Assembly: GCA_049596815.1 (NCBI GenBank)
Contig: JBMYLY010000002.1
Span: 415 to 64,414 of the forward strand
Direction: 5' to 3'
DNA: 64,000 bases
Source: Flavobacteriaceae bacterium
Lineage (GTDB): Bacteria > Bacteroidota > Bacteroidia > Flavobacteriales > Flavobacteriaceae
In this document: positions 1 through 9,661 of the stretch, piece after piece
Layout of the letters: every line of letters starts with the position of its first letter
Numbering within the stretch: the stretch's first letter is position 1
The notes under the pieces: model-generated
Database searches by the model: none
What the model saw: the letters and a program-made list of their open reading frames with translations, nothing else
What the model was told of the DNA's origin: nothing
Made by a program: the position numbers and the translations under genes

Positions 1-2
1 GA

Positions 3-1778
3 TTGTTTTTGAGTTTTCACTACATGGATAAGCCCCGCTGGGCAGGTGCTTTGTTTGGGGGTATGGCACTGACGGCCATTACCTATTTTATTGTCATCAA
101 AGGAATCAAAGGCACGCCATTTGCCGATGCCGACTGGCAGGTTTTGGGAGGGCTGACCCTCAAAGAATTTGCCGAAACACGCCTTAGCGTGGTGGTATTT
201 TGGGGGCTGTTTTTTTGGACAACACTCAGTTTGCTGTGGGTTTATGTCGCACGTTGGGATATTTACAAAATCATCATTGGTGTAGGTACCTTCTCCTTGG
301 CACTCGCTTTCGCCGGCAACGATTTGGTCAATTTTATCGGGGTACCCATTGCAGCTTGGCAGTCCTATGAAGCCTGGCAAGCCTCGGGGGCAGCTGCCGA
401 GTTGTTCAATATGAGCGGGCTTAGTCAAAAAGTAGCCACACCCACCTTGTTTTTGGTGCTTGCCGGATTTGTGATGGTCATCACATTGTGGACCTCAACC
501 AAAGCCCGAAAAGTAGTCAAGACCACCATAGACCTTTCCCGACAAGACAAAACCCAAGAACGATTCAAATCAAATGCGCTCTCAAGAGGCTTGGTTCGTG
601 CTTTTGTGGGATCGGTATTTGTTGTAGAACGTGTGGTTCCATCTTCCATACGTGGCTATATTGGCAAACAATTCACCCAGCCTGTGGTGGAAGAAGCGGT
701 TCTAAAAAAAGGAGACATGCCCGCTTTTGACAACGTTCGTGCCTCCATCAACCTTACCGTAGCTGCGGTGCTAATTTCCATCGCAACTTCTTACAAATTA
801 CCGCTTTCAACCACTTACGTGACCTTTATGGTGGCGATGGGGACTTCTTTGGCTGACCGCGCATGGGGCAGTGACAGTGCTGTGTATCGTGTGGCAGGGG
901 TGCTCAATGTGATTGGGGGTTGGTTCCTTACAGCCATCATCGCCTTTAGTGCCTGTGCATTGTTGGCAACCTTTATCTATTTCGGTGGAATCATAGCCAT
1001 TATTGTGCTGTTAGTCATGGCGGCTTTTATCCTCTATCGAAACTACACACGGAGTGTGAAAGAAACTCAAACCCTCAAAGAGGAAGATGAGCTTTACCTA
1101 ATTGAAAGCGGTTCAGTTCAGGGGCTCATCGCCGAAAGTGCCTACAATGTGTCTCGAATGGTTAGTAGGGCCAATGAAATCTTCAAAGCCAATATTCATG
1201 GATTGGCCACAGAAAATATGGAGGGGCTAAAAAAGACCAAACGAAGTGTGGTTAAATTGTCCAATGAAATTGACACCCTTCGTGATGAGTTGTATTATTT
1301 TATCAAAGAGTTGGACGAGGAAAATGTCTCTGCAAGTAATTTTTATATAAACCTCATCGATTGCTTGGAAGACATGTGCCAGTCTTTGGAATACATCACC
1401 AAAAAATGCCACAAACACGTTAACAACAATCACAAAAAACTGAAATACACTCAAGTCAAAGAACTCAAACAAACCCAAGAACAGTTGGAAGATTTGTTTG
1501 GTGAAATTCGCTTTTCGTTTGACCTGAATGACTTTAATCAAATCAAAGACATCATCCCCAAAAAGAACCTGTTGTTCGATGACATCGTTCGAAAAATAGA
1601 CGATCAAGTCTCACGTACACGCAAGGATGACTCCAGTCCAAAAAACACTACTTTGTTTTTTAGCTTGCTGCTCGAAACCAAAGACCTAATTGCTGCCACG
1701 ATGAACCTCATAGAGTTATACTACCTTAAGTATGACAGCAGAGTAGATCCGTTGGTCTCAAAAGAAGGGGACAGATAG
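3..1778 (+). CDS. PiT-family inorganic phosphate transporter with a C-terminal PhoU-like helical domain; 5' end probably cut by the window edge
   Basis: About 350 aa of polytopic membrane protein carries PiT/PHO4-type motifs (AFAGNDLVNFIGVPIA, MGTSLADRAWGSDSAV). A charged helical tail of about 230 aa follows. The ORF opens at the window edge on a non-ATG codon. Confidence 0.75.
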   Translation: MFLSFHYMDKPRWAGALFGGMALTAITYFIVIKGIKGTPFADADWQVLGGLTLKEFAETRLSVVVFWGLFFWTTLSLLWVYVARWDIYKIIIGVGTFSLALAFAGNDLVNFIGVPIAAWQSYEAWQASGAAAELFNMSGLSQKVATPTLFLVLAGFVMVITLWTSTKARKVVKTTIDLSRQDKTQERFKSNALSRGLVRAFVGSVFVVERVVPSSIRGYIGKQFTQPVVEEAVLKKGDMPAFDNVRASINLTVAAVLISIATSYKLPLSTTYVTFMVAMGTSLADRAWGSDSAVYRVAGVLNVIGGWFLTAIIAFSACALLATFIYFGGIIAIIVLLVMAAFILYRNYTRSVKETQTLKEEDELYLIESGSVQGLIAESAYNVSRMVSRANEIFKANIHGLATENMEGLKKTKRSVVKLSNEIDTLRDELYYFIKELDEENVSASNFYINLIDCLEDMCQSLEYITKKCHKHVNNNHKKLKYTQVKELKQTQEQLEDLFGEIRFSFDLNDFNQIKDIIPKKNLLFDDIVRKIDDQVSRTRKDDSSPKNTTLFFSLLLETKDLIAATMNLIELYYLKYDSRVDPLVSKEGDR

Positions 1779-1817
1779 GCTCACACATTATTTACCCAAC
1801 AACTGCCCCATATTTAA

Positions 1818-1825
1818 TACATTTG
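1818..1825 (+). promoter_or_regulatory. Bacteroidota -7 box candidate (TACATTTG) for the carboxyltransferase gene
   Basis: It matches TAnnTTTG 54 nt upstream of ATG 1880. I saw no clear -33 TTG. Confidence 0.3.
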
Positions 1826-1879
1826 CCGTGGGATATGTACCCTGACACACATATAGTGTACGCCCTTCAATAACATAAT

Positions 1880-3481
1880 ATGCAAAGCTTTCGTTCCCAA
1901 ATAAACTCAAAAAGCGATCGCTTCCTTAAGAATAAGGAGGAGATGGAGGTGCTTGTAAAGCAATTGGAATCCCATTTGGCATTGAGCCGACAAGAAGGAA
2001 CCGAAGCCTCTATTGCGAGAGCCAGAAAACGAAAAAAATTCCTAGCCAGAGAACGCATCAACCTCTTGCTCGACAAAGACAGCCCTTTTATTGAGCTAAT
2101 GCCCCTGGCAGGACTTCAACACGAAAACGGCTTTGGTCCCGGTGGCACTACCGTAGCCGGAATAGGCTATGTAAATGGACGTTTGTGTATCGTCAACTCC
2201 AACCTAAGCACGCGTAAGGCCGGAACGGTTGACTATGCTACAAGTTTAAAAATCTTGCGTTTGAGTCAAATCGCAATGGATAACCATTTGCCCACCATCA
2301 ATCTGGTGGAAAGTGGAGGCGCCAACCTACCCGATCAAGACCGCGTATTTAACAACTACGGAGCCACCTTTAAGCAGATGTCTTTACGTTCCAAACAAGG
2401 CATTCCTACCATCTCGGTGGTCTTTGGCAATGCCACGGCCGGCGGTGCCTATGTGCCAGGCATGTCGGACTACACCATCATGCAAAAAAGTGCCGCCAAG
2501 GTATTCTTGGCAGGGCCTCCGCTAGTAAAAATGGCCACCAACGAAGACACCAACGACGAGGAACTCGGCGGTGCCTTGATGCACAGTCGCATCTCAGGAG
2601 TCGCAGATTTTATTGCTGATGATGAAATGGATGCCATCAATATTGCACGAAAAGTAGTGGCAACCCTCAAACCACAAACACCACACCTTATCCCTTCAAA
2701 GCCCATTGTGCCGCCCCGCTATAAGGCGGAAGAGTTGTTGGGAATCGTTCCAGCCAATCTCAAAAAGCCCATTGATGTTAGAGAGGTTATCGCCAGAATC
2801 GTTGACAATTCGGAGTTTACCGAATTCAAAGAAAACTATGGCATTACTATGGTCTGCTGTTGGACAAAAATCAACGGCTACCCTGTGGGAATCATCGCCA
2901 ACAACGGGGTTATCTTTGCTGAATCGGCCCAAAAAGCTACCCAGTTTATCCAATTGGCCAACAAATCAGACTTGCCGCTTTTATTTATTCATAATACCAC
3001 CGGCTTTATGGTTGGGAAGGCCTATGAGCAAAACGGCATGATCAATAGTGGCTCACAAATGATACACGCCGTGGCAGGAAGCACGGTGCCGCACATCAGT
3101 TTGCTGATTGGCAATTCGTATGGCGCCGGAAATTACGCCATGTGTGGGCGTTCTTTTGGCCCCCGATTTTTGTTCTCCTATCCCAATTCCAAGGCAGGAG
3201 TGATGGGTGCCGAACAACTGTCAGGGGTGATGGAGATTATCAAACGTCAATCTGCCCAATCACTCAACAAAAAGATTGATGAAAAACTATTAAAGAAAGA
3301 GAAAGACGCTATCAAAAAGGACGCAGAAAACAAAGCCAGCGTTTGGCATGCCACCTCCGAGCTATGGGACGATGGCGTCATAGACCCTAGAGATACGAGA
3401 AAATATCTTGGACTTTCCTTAGCGGCAGTCTATAACACTCCCATCAAAGGCTCCGATAGTTTTGGCGTTTTCAGAATGTAG
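1880..3481 (+). CDS. acyl-CoA carboxylase carboxyltransferase (beta) subunit, methylcrotonoyl-CoA carboxylase beta-like
   Basis: 533 aa with a two-lobed carboxyltransferase layout. Motifs seen: KKFLARERINLLLDKDSPFIEL, ESGGANLP, GNATAGGAYVPG, GNSYGAGNYAMCG. Confidence 0.85.
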   Translation: MQSFRSQINSKSDRFLKNKEEMEVLVKQLESHLALSRQEGTEASIARARKRKKFLARERINLLLDKDSPFIELMPLAGLQHENGFGPGGTTVAGIGYVNGRLCIVNSNLSTRKAGTVDYATSLKILRLSQIAMDNHLPTINLVESGGANLPDQDRVFNNYGATFKQMSLRSKQGIPTISVVFGNATAGGAYVPGMSDYTIMQKSAAKVFLAGPPLVKMATNEDTNDEELGGALMHSRISGVADFIADDEMDAINIARKVVATLKPQTPHLIPSKPIVPPRYKAEELLGIVPANLKKPIDVREVIARIVDNSEFTEFKENYGITMVCCWTKINGYPVGIIANNGVIFAESAQKATQFIQLANKSDLPLLFIHNTTGFMVGKAYEQNGMINSGSQMIHAVAGSTVPHISLLIGNSYGAGNYAMCGRSFGPRFLFSYPNSKAGVMGAEQLSGVMEIIKRQSAQSLNKKIDEKLLKKEKDAIKKDAENKASVWHATSELWDDGVIDPRDTRKYLGLSLAAVYNTPIKGSDSFGVFRM

Positions 3482-3487
3482 GACTGT

Positions 3488-5890
3488 TTAAGACCCGCAC
3501 ATCAAGCAATCGTCATCTTCACTCTCTCTCGACTGAGCCAACATTTCCTTGAGTTCAGACGGAGAAAGAGGTTCAGCAACTACGGCTGAGGCAGCTTCTG
3601 CTTTTTTCGCCGGCTCGGCTTGCTTTTTCTCTAATGTAAACTTGATCGCATCTACCGCCGATTTGGTTCTCAAATAGTACATTCCTGTCTTGAGGCCCGA
3701 CTTCCACGCATAGAAGTGCATCGAGGTGAGCTTGGACATAGTAGCACCTTCCATAAACAAGTTGAGCGACTGCGACTGGTCAATAAAATAGCCTCTTTGA
3801 CGCGACATATCGATGATGTCTTTCATACTCAATTCCCACGCGGTTTTGTAGAGCTCTTTGATGTCATCAGGAATCACGTCTATCTGCTGTACAGAACCGT
3901 TGGCGCGCATAAGCTCTTGCTTGAGGTCTTCATTCCACAAGCCCAAGCGCACCAAGTCTTCCAACAGGTGCTTGTTGACAATGATAAACTCTCCAGACAA
4001 CACACGTCGGGTATAAATATTGGAAGTATAGGGCTCAAAGCATTCGTTGTTGCCCAATATTTGAGAAGTGGACGCAGTCGGCATCGGCGCTACCAACAAG
4101 GAATTGCGAACACCATGCTTTTTGATGTCTTTACGCAACTTGGCCCAATCCCAACGACCGCTGAGTTCTTCGTCTTTGATGCCCCAAAGGTTGTGTTGAA
4201 ATTCTCCTTCTGAGATGGGTGAGCCTTTATATGACTCGTATGGTCCTTCTGTTTTGGCCAAATCTTTGGACGCAGTCAATGCCGCAAAATACAAGGTCTC
4301 AAAAATTTCTTGATTCAACCCTTTGGCCTCGTCAGAGGTAAATGGCATTCGCAATTTGATAAAAGTGTCGGCAAGACCTTGTACGCCCAAGCCTACAGGG
4401 CGGTGACGGAAGTTTGAGTTTTCCGCTTCCTTCACGGGGTAGTAGTTGCGATCGATGACCTTATTTAAGTTTTTGGTAGCTCTCACAGTTACGTTGAACA
4501 ATCCTTTATGGTCAAATGAACCATCCTTAACAAACATAGGCAGGGCAATCGAAGCCAAGTTACAAACCGCCACCTCGTCTTTGGAGGTGTACTCTAAAAT
4601 CTCAGTACACAAGTTGGACGAGCGTATGGTCCCCAAATTCTTCTGGTTGGACTTGCGATTCGCAGCGTCTTTGTAAAGCATGTAGGGAGTCCCTGTTTCG
4701 ATTTGTGACTCGAGGATTTTCTCCCAAAGCTCACGAGCCTTAACCGTTTTGCGGCCTTTGTTCTCCTTTTCGTACTTGATGTATCTTTTTTCAAATTCCT
4801 CCCCATGTGAATCAAAAAGTCCAGGGCACTCATTGGGACACATCAAAGTCCAAGTAGAATCTTCCTCGACCCGCTTCATAAATAAATCGGGGATCCACAT
4901 GGCGTAGAACAAGTCGCGTGCGCGCATTTCTTCCTTACCGTGGTTTTTCTTAAGGTTTAAGAAATCAAAAATGTCTGCATGCCATGGCTCCACATAAATA
5001 GCGAAAGAGCCCTTGCGCTTTCCACCTCCTTGGTCCACATAGCGAGCTGTGTCGTTGTAGACACGCAACATGGGAACTATCCCGTTTGAGGTTCCATTGG
5101 TTCCTGCAATATACGAGCCTGTGGCGCGGATGTTGTGAATAGACAACCCAATGCCGCCAGCAGACTGTGAAATCTTGGCGGTTTGTTTGAGGGTGTCATA
5201 AATGCCATCAATACTGTCATCACGCATGGCCAACAAAAAGCAAGAAGACATTTGTGGTTTGGGCGTACCCGAGTTGAAAAGAGTGGGCGTTGCGTGGGTA
5301 AAATATTTTTTGGACATCAGATGATAGGTCTCAATGGCAGCATCTAAATCGTCCAAGTGAATCCCAATCGAAACACGCATGAGCATGTGTTGGGGGCGCT
5401 CAGCTATCTGCCCGTTGATTTTTAATAGATAGGAGCGCTCTAATGTTTTAAAACCAAAATAATCATAACCGAAATCACGGTTGTAGATGATAGTGGAGTC
5501 AAATAACTCGGCATTGTCTTTCATCACCTTGTGCACATCGTCTGCAATCAGTGGTGCTTTTTTTCCGGTGCGTGGGTTGACATACTCATAGAGGTCTGTC
5601 ATGGTTTCGGAAAAGGATTTTTTGGTGTTCTTGTGGAGGTTAGATACAGAAATACGCGCAGCCAACAGCGCATAGTCGGGGTGGGTGGTCGTCATGGTTG
5701 CCGCTGTCTCCGCCGCTAGGTTGTCCAGTTCGGAAGTGGTTACCCCATCGTACAATCCTTCAATGACACGCATGGCTACTTTAACAGGGTCTACTAGGTC
5801 GTTGAGCCCATAACAGAGCTTGCGGACACGTGCCGTAATTTTGTCGAACATGATGGGTTCTTTGCGCCCATCTCTTTTTACTACATACAT
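3488..5890 (-). CDS. nrdA: ribonucleoside-diphosphate reductase alpha subunit (class Ia)
   Basis: 800 aa with an N-terminal ATP-cone ([20 protein letters not shown]), catalytic NLCTEI and [12 protein letters not shown] motifs, and a C-terminal CLMCGS redox tail. Confidence 0.95.
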   Translation of the reverse strand: MYVVKRDGRKEPIMFDKITARVRKLCYGLNDLVDPVKVAMRVIEGLYDGVTTSELDNLAAETAATMTTTHPDYALLAARISVSNLHKNTKKSFSETMTDLYEYVNPRTGKKAPLIADDVHKVMKDNAELFDSTIIYNRDFGYDYFGFKTLERSYLLKINGQIAERPQHMLMRVSIGIHLDDLDAAIETYHLMSKKYFTHATPTLFNSGTPKPQMSSCFLLAMRDDSIDGIYDTLKQTAKISQSAGGIGLSIHNIRATGSYIAGTNGTSNGIVPMLRVYNDTARYVDQGGGKRKGSFAIYVEPWHADIFDFLNLKKNHGKEEMRARDLFYAMWIPDLFMKRVEEDSTWTLMCPNECPGLFDSHGEEFEKRYIKYEKENKGRKTVKARELWEKILESQIETGTPYMLYKDAANRKSNQKNLGTIRSSNLCTEILEYTSKDEVAVCNLASIALPMFVKDGSFDHKGLFNVTVRATKNLNKVIDRNYYPVKEAENSNFRHRPVGLGVQGLADTFIKLRMPFTSDEAKGLNQEIFETLYFAALTASKDLAKTEGPYESYKGSPISEGEFQHNLWGIKDEELSGRWDWAKLRKDIKKHGVRNSLLVAPMPTASTSQILGNNECFEPYTSNIYTRRVLSGEFIIVNKHLLEDLVRLGLWNEDLKQELMRANGSVQQIDVIPDDIKELYKTAWELSMKDIIDMSRQRGYFIDQSQSLNLFMEGATMSKLTSMHFYAWKSGLKTGMYYLRTKSAVDAIKFTLEKKQAEPAKKAEAASAVVAEPLSPSELKEMLAQSRESEDDDCLMCGS

Positions 5891-5918
5891 TTTTCTTAGG
5901 TCTTAATGGTTTTTTTGC

Positions 5919-5958
5919 AAACAATATTGCAGCCCGTCAGACGGGAAACAATGTTGCA
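5919..5958 (-). promoter_or_regulatory. symmetric intercistronic element between nrdB and nrdA
   Basis: On the plus strand it reads AAACAATATTGCA - g - CCCGTCAGACGGG - AAACAATGTTGCA. That is two 13-nt direct repeats (12/13 identical) flanking a 13-nt palindrome. Confidence 0.3.
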
Positions 5959-5979
5959 ATGAGAAACGTAGAGCCGTAC

Positions 5980-6960
5980 TTAAAAATCTTCGTCGAAGCT
6001 GTACTTTTCGGTTTCCTCGGTTTCTTGTTTGATCACACCCGCCTTCTGATATTCGGACACACGCTTTTCGAAGAAGTTGGTTTTTCCTTGTAGCGAAATC
6101 ATGTCCATAAAATCGAACGGGTTGGTTACGTTGTACTCTTTTTCGAGTCCTAATTCTACCAACAGTCGGTCGGTTACAAATTCAAGGTATTGGGTCATGA
6201 GCTTGGCATTCATACCAATCAGGCTTATGGGAAGTGATTCGGTAATAAACTCACGTTCAATGGAGAGTGCATCTAAAATAATCTCGCGAATACGCGCCGG
6301 CGGAACCTTATTGGCCAAGTGCTTGTTGTGCAAGTGGACTGCAAAGTCACAGTGCATACCCTCGTCGCGAGAGATAAGCTCATTAGAGAAAGTGAGTCCA
6401 GGCATCAATCCGCGTTTTTTAAGCCAAAAGATAGAGCAGAAGGCTCCTGAAAAGAAAATCCCCTCAACGGCTGCAAAGGCTATGAGTCGCTCCGCAAAAG
6501 AATCAGACTCTATCCATCGCAAGGCCCAATCGGCTTTTCGTTTGATCGCCGGAAAAACTTCAATGGCCCGGAAAAGACTGTCTTTTTCTTTCTCGTCTTT
6601 CACATAGGTATCGATCAATAAAGAGTAAGTCTCTGAATGGATGTTCTCCATCATAATCTGGAAGCCATAGAAAAACTTCGCCTCACTATACTGCACCTCA
6701 TTCACAAAATTTTCTGCCAAGTTCTCATTAACGATACCGTCTGAAGCTGCAAAGAATGCCAAAATATGCTTGATAAAATAGCGCTCATCGTCATTGAGTT
6801 TGCTGTCCCAGTCGGTCAGGTCCTGATGCAAGTCGATCTCTTCTGCCGTCCAAAAACACGCCTCCTGTTTCTTATACCACTCCCAAATATCATGGTGTTC
6901 AATGGGAAAGATTACAAAGCGGTTTTGATTTTCTTGCAAAATAGGTTCAACGATGGACAT
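5980..6960 (-). CDS. nrdB: ribonucleoside-diphosphate reductase beta subunit
   Basis: 326 aa with ferritin-like di-iron/radical motifs ([30 protein letters not shown]) and an acidic C-terminal tail. It lies upstream of nrdA on the same strand. Confidence 0.95.
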   Translation of the reverse strand: MSIVEPILQENQNRFVIFPIEHHDIWEWYKKQEACFWTAEEIDLHQDLTDWDSKLNDDERYFIKHILAFFAASDGIVNENLAENFVNEVQYSEAKFFYGFQIMMENIHSETYSLLIDTYVKDEKEKDSLFRAIEVFPAIKRKADWALRWIESDSFAERLIAFAAVEGIFFSGAFCSIFWLKKRGLMPGLTFSNELISRDEGMHCDFAVHLHNKHLANKVPPARIREIILDALSIEREFITESLPISLIGMNAKLMTQYLEFVTDRLLVELGLEKEYNVTNPFDFMDMISLQGKTNFFEKRVSEYQKAGVIKQETEETEKYSFDEDF

Positions 6961-7194
6961 AGTGTTTTTGTTATTGTTTTGTAAAATTTTCGTGAAAAAA
7001 GAACCTCACAAATCTTCCAATTTTTTTGGAAAAATAAAAGACTTAGTTGTTCACAAACACACTTAGTTTTTAACATTCGTTCAGGTTTTTCCTACTTTTT
7101 AGTGACACATTGAGTATCTTAAAAAGCTGTTTTTCAGTCACTTAAAAACATCTTTACGAGAGTAGCCTCAACTGACAACTTTCACCACGATTGT

Positions 7195-7776
7195 TTACGG
7201 CCGTGTTTGATCTGCGTAGGACTGGGCTGTTTGTTCAAGTGCCTCAAACCAAGGTTGGCCAAATTTTCTGACCAGTGCTTCTTTGACAAATTGGTATATG
7301 GGTAGCTTGTTTTTTGCCCCTAAATCACAAGCCGCATGGCAGATTTGCCAGCGGTGATAGTTGACAGCTGTAAAGGCAGAATAGTGCTGTACGCGCACCG
7401 GATACAGGTGACAAGAAATCGGCTTTTGCCAGTCTATGGCCCCCACTTTGTGAGCTTGTTCGATTCCGCAATGAGCCACACCACGCGAATCAAAAGTGGT
7501 GTAGGCACACTCCTTTCCGTCTACCAAAGGAGTCTCCAAACTGCCATCGGCAGCCACGACCGAAGTGCCTTGTTTTGCAATTGCTTTGCGACCTTTATCA
7601 TTGAGAAAAGGGCTGATTTTTGGATATAGCTCTTCAAGCAGAGAAACTTCCTCTTTGTCGAGCGGGGCACCCGCCTCTCCAGCCACACAACAAGCTCCCT
7701 TACAGGCCTGTAAATCACAACAAAAGTGCGCTTCTAGCAGTTCCTCTGATACCAAAGTGTTGTCCAACTGAAACAT
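7195..7776 (-). CDS. DUF3109-family cysteine-rich protein
   Basis: 193 aa. The N-terminal CCDLQACKGACCVAGEAGAPL motif and further conserved Cys/His residues match my recollection of DUF3109. Confidence 0.6.
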   Translation of the reverse strand: MFQLDNTLVSEELLEAHFCCDLQACKGACCVAGEAGAPLDKEEVSLLEELYPKISPFLNDKGRKAIAKQGTSVVAADGSLETPLVDGKECAYTTFDSRGVAHCGIEQAHKVGAIDWQKPISCHLYPVRVQHYSAFTAVNYHRWQICHAACDLGAKNKLPIYQFVKEALVRKFGQPWFEALEQTAQSYADQTRP

Positions 7777-7831
7777 GTTGCGAAACTACCAAATATTCGG
7801 CAGTTGGAAAGTGCTATTTCCCCCCGAATTG

Positions 7832-7839
7832 TATCTTTG
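7832..7839 (+). promoter_or_regulatory. -7 box candidate (TATCTTTG), 4 nt before the marC-family ATG
   Basis: It matches TAnnTTTG. The spacing would put the transcription start at or next to the ATG. Confidence 0.4.
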
Positions 7840-7843
7840 CCCC

Positions 7844-8416
7844 ATGTTTGACCTCAAAGAAATTTTAACCGCCGGGATGGTACTTTTCGCCGTGATAGAT
7901 ATTATAGGGAGCACACCTATTATTATCGGTTTGCGTAAAAAAGTAGGACACATACAGTCCGAAAAGGCATCGCTGGTGGCAGGGCTGATCATGATTGCCT
8001 TTTTGTTTTTAGGGGAGAAGATTTTGTCCCTTATCGGTATTGACGTCAACTCCTTTGCGGTGGCAGGGTCGTTTGTGATATTCTTTTTGGCACTCGAAAT
8101 GATTTTAGGAATCCAACTCTATAAAGAAGAAACACCCGAATCAGCATCTATCGTTCCCATCGCTTTTCCGCTGATAGCGGGTGCAGGCACACTGACCTCT
8201 TTGCTGTCTTTGCGTGCCGAGTACCATGTGGCCAACATCATAGTTGCCATAGTAGTCAACATCCTGATTGTGTATGCGGTACTCAAGTCATCCAAACGAA
8301 TCGAACGGGTCTTGGGAACTTCGGGGATTAGTGTGATTAGAAAAATATTTGGCGTGGTGCTGATGGCCATTGCGGTCAAGCTGTTTGCCGGTAACGTACA
8401 ACAACTATTTAATTGA
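7844..8416 (+). CDS. MarC/UPF0056-family integral membrane protein
   Basis: Six predicted TM segments of about 190 aa. I moved the start from ORF-track 7775 to ATG 7844, which is directly preceded by a TATCTTTG -7 box. Confidence 0.65.
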   Translation: MFDLKEILTAGMVLFAVIDIIGSTPIIIGLRKKVGHIQSEKASLVAGLIMIAFLFLGEKILSLIGIDVNSFAVAGSFVIFFLALEMILGIQLYKEETPESASIVPIAFPLIAGAGTLTSLLSLRAEYHVANIIVAIVVNILIVYAVLKSSKRIERVLGTSGISVIRKIFGVVLMAIAVKLFAGNVQQLFN

Positions 8417-8421
8417 GTGTT

Positions 8422-8619
8422 ATGAAAAAATTGATATATGTCTTGGGAGCCCTTGCACTTGTTCTTGTGGTCTTTAACCTTTTTCAGATCGACTATGCCG
8501 ATCCGTTTACGGGCGATAGCCTCATAGCCATTATTGGCGTGGTAGCAGGTTTGTGTGCTGTATTGCTGCTTATCATATTGCTGTTGGCCAAAAAAATCCA
8601 GCAGCGTATGCGCGGCTAA
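8422..8619 (+). CDS. small two-TM membrane protein (hypothetical)
   Basis: The ORF 8413..8619 has its first ATG at 8422. It has two hydrophobic helices and a basic tail. There is no family assignment. Confidence 0.35.
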   Translation: MKKLIYVLGALALVLVVFNLFQIDYADPFTGDSLIAIIGVVAGLCAVLLLIILLLAKKIQQRMRG

Positions 8620-9050
8620 TCTTCAAGGTGCAAGTGGGTAAGTGTAACCCCGGCTTTGGCTAAAAAATCCAGTCCCGAAGTGTCCTTGTAGGCTTGGGCA
8701 TATACCACACGCCTGATGCCGGCTTGGTGAATCAATTTGCTGCATTCTTTACAAGGAGATAAGGTAATGTAAAGGGTCGCACCCGAACAAGATTGGGTCG
8801 AGGCAGCAACTTTCATAATCGCGTTGGCCTCAGCGTGCAACACATACCACTTGGTGTAGTTGTCTTCGTCTTCACAAGGGTTTTCAAAACCGGTCGGTGT
8901 ACCGTTATATCCGTCAGAAATAATCATTCGATCTTTGACAATCAACGCCCCTACTTTTTTGCGTTCACAATGGGATAGCTTGGCCCACTCAAAAGCCATA
9001 CGCATATAGGCGCGGTCATAGCGCTGTTGTTTGGCCTCGGCTTTGGTCAT
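8616..9050 (-). CDS. deoxycytidylate (dCMP) deaminase, ComEB-type
   Basis: It carries the cytidine/deoxycytidylate deaminase zinc motifs HAEANAI and PCKECSKLI. I trimmed the start to ATG 9050, which overlaps the upstream stop as ATGA. Confidence 0.85.
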   Translation of the reverse strand: MTKAEAKQQRYDRAYMRMAFEWAKLSHCERKKVGALIVKDRMIISDGYNGTPTGFENPCEDEDNYTKWYVLHAEANAIMKVAASTQSCSGATLYITLSPCKECSKLIHQAGIRRVVYAQAYKDTSGLDFLAKAGVTLTHLHLED

Positions 9051-9625
9051 GGCAAACGATCTATTAGGATGGGCAACAAAATGCCAATGATAATGCTTGA
9101 ACCCACCAACAGCCAATCGCGGCGGCTGGCAGTAAACACATACAATACCACTACATTAAGCACAAGCACCAACAAAGCCAACAACACTTGTGCGGACTCT
9201 ATGCCCAAGGCAAAAGCCAATAGCGACACCCCTAGAGAACTGTCGCTGTCTTTAATCAAGTCAAAATATGATGCAAAACCAAATCCATGGATCACCCCAA
9301 AAAACAAGGTGACCACCAAGGGTGTCAAGGCGGATTTGACCGTAGTCTTGGGCGCCCATACTATATTGTAGAGCGCAGCGATCAATATGCTCAAAGGAAT
9401 CAAAAACTCGATCCAAGTCATGCTCACACGAACAATTCCATAGGTGGCTAACACTAACGACAGGCTGTGCCCAACAGTAAATATTGTAACTAGCCCAAGC
9501 AGTCTTTTCCACTGACGCACGGCAAATGGCAAGCACAAGGCTGCCAAAAACAACAAGTGGTCATAACCTTGCCAGTCCCAGACATGCTGGAAGCCCATTT
9601 TGATCAATAACCAAAAATCATTCAT
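9047..9625 (-). CDS. HupE/UreJ-family membrane protein
   Basis: 192 aa with about six TM segments and an N-terminal WQGYDHLLFLAALCL motif typical of HupE/UreJ-2. Confidence 0.7.
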   Translation of the reverse strand: MNDFWLLIKMGFQHVWDWQGYDHLLFLAALCLPFAVRQWKRLLGLVTIFTVGHSLSLVLATYGIVRVSMTWIEFLIPLSILIAALYNIVWAPKTTVKSALTPLVVTLFFGVIHGFGFASYFDLIKDSDSSLGVSLLAFALGIESAQVLLALLVLVLNVVVLYVFTASRRDWLLVGSSIIIGILLPILIDRLP

Positions 9626-9661
9626 GCTTTAAAATGATACGTAAACATAACGAAAACTAGA

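Noticed and set aside
3716-4213. 165-aa plus-strand ORF
   Set aside because: It is antisense to nrdA and has no motif.
6077-6607. 176-aa plus-strand ORF
   Set aside because: It is antisense to nrdB and its sequence is Ser-rich and low in complexity.
6961-7194. Possible NrdR boxes or a cobalamin riboswitch in the 234-bp nrdB upstream region
   Set aside because: I found no 16-bp ACAC...GTGT palindrome and no GC-rich B12-box-like core; the region is simply AT-rich. It has short direct repeats (ACTTAGTT x2, CTTAAAAA x2) and a weak TTCCAA-(5 nt)-TTGGAA hairpin at 7015..7031. That is not enough to call a regulatory element.
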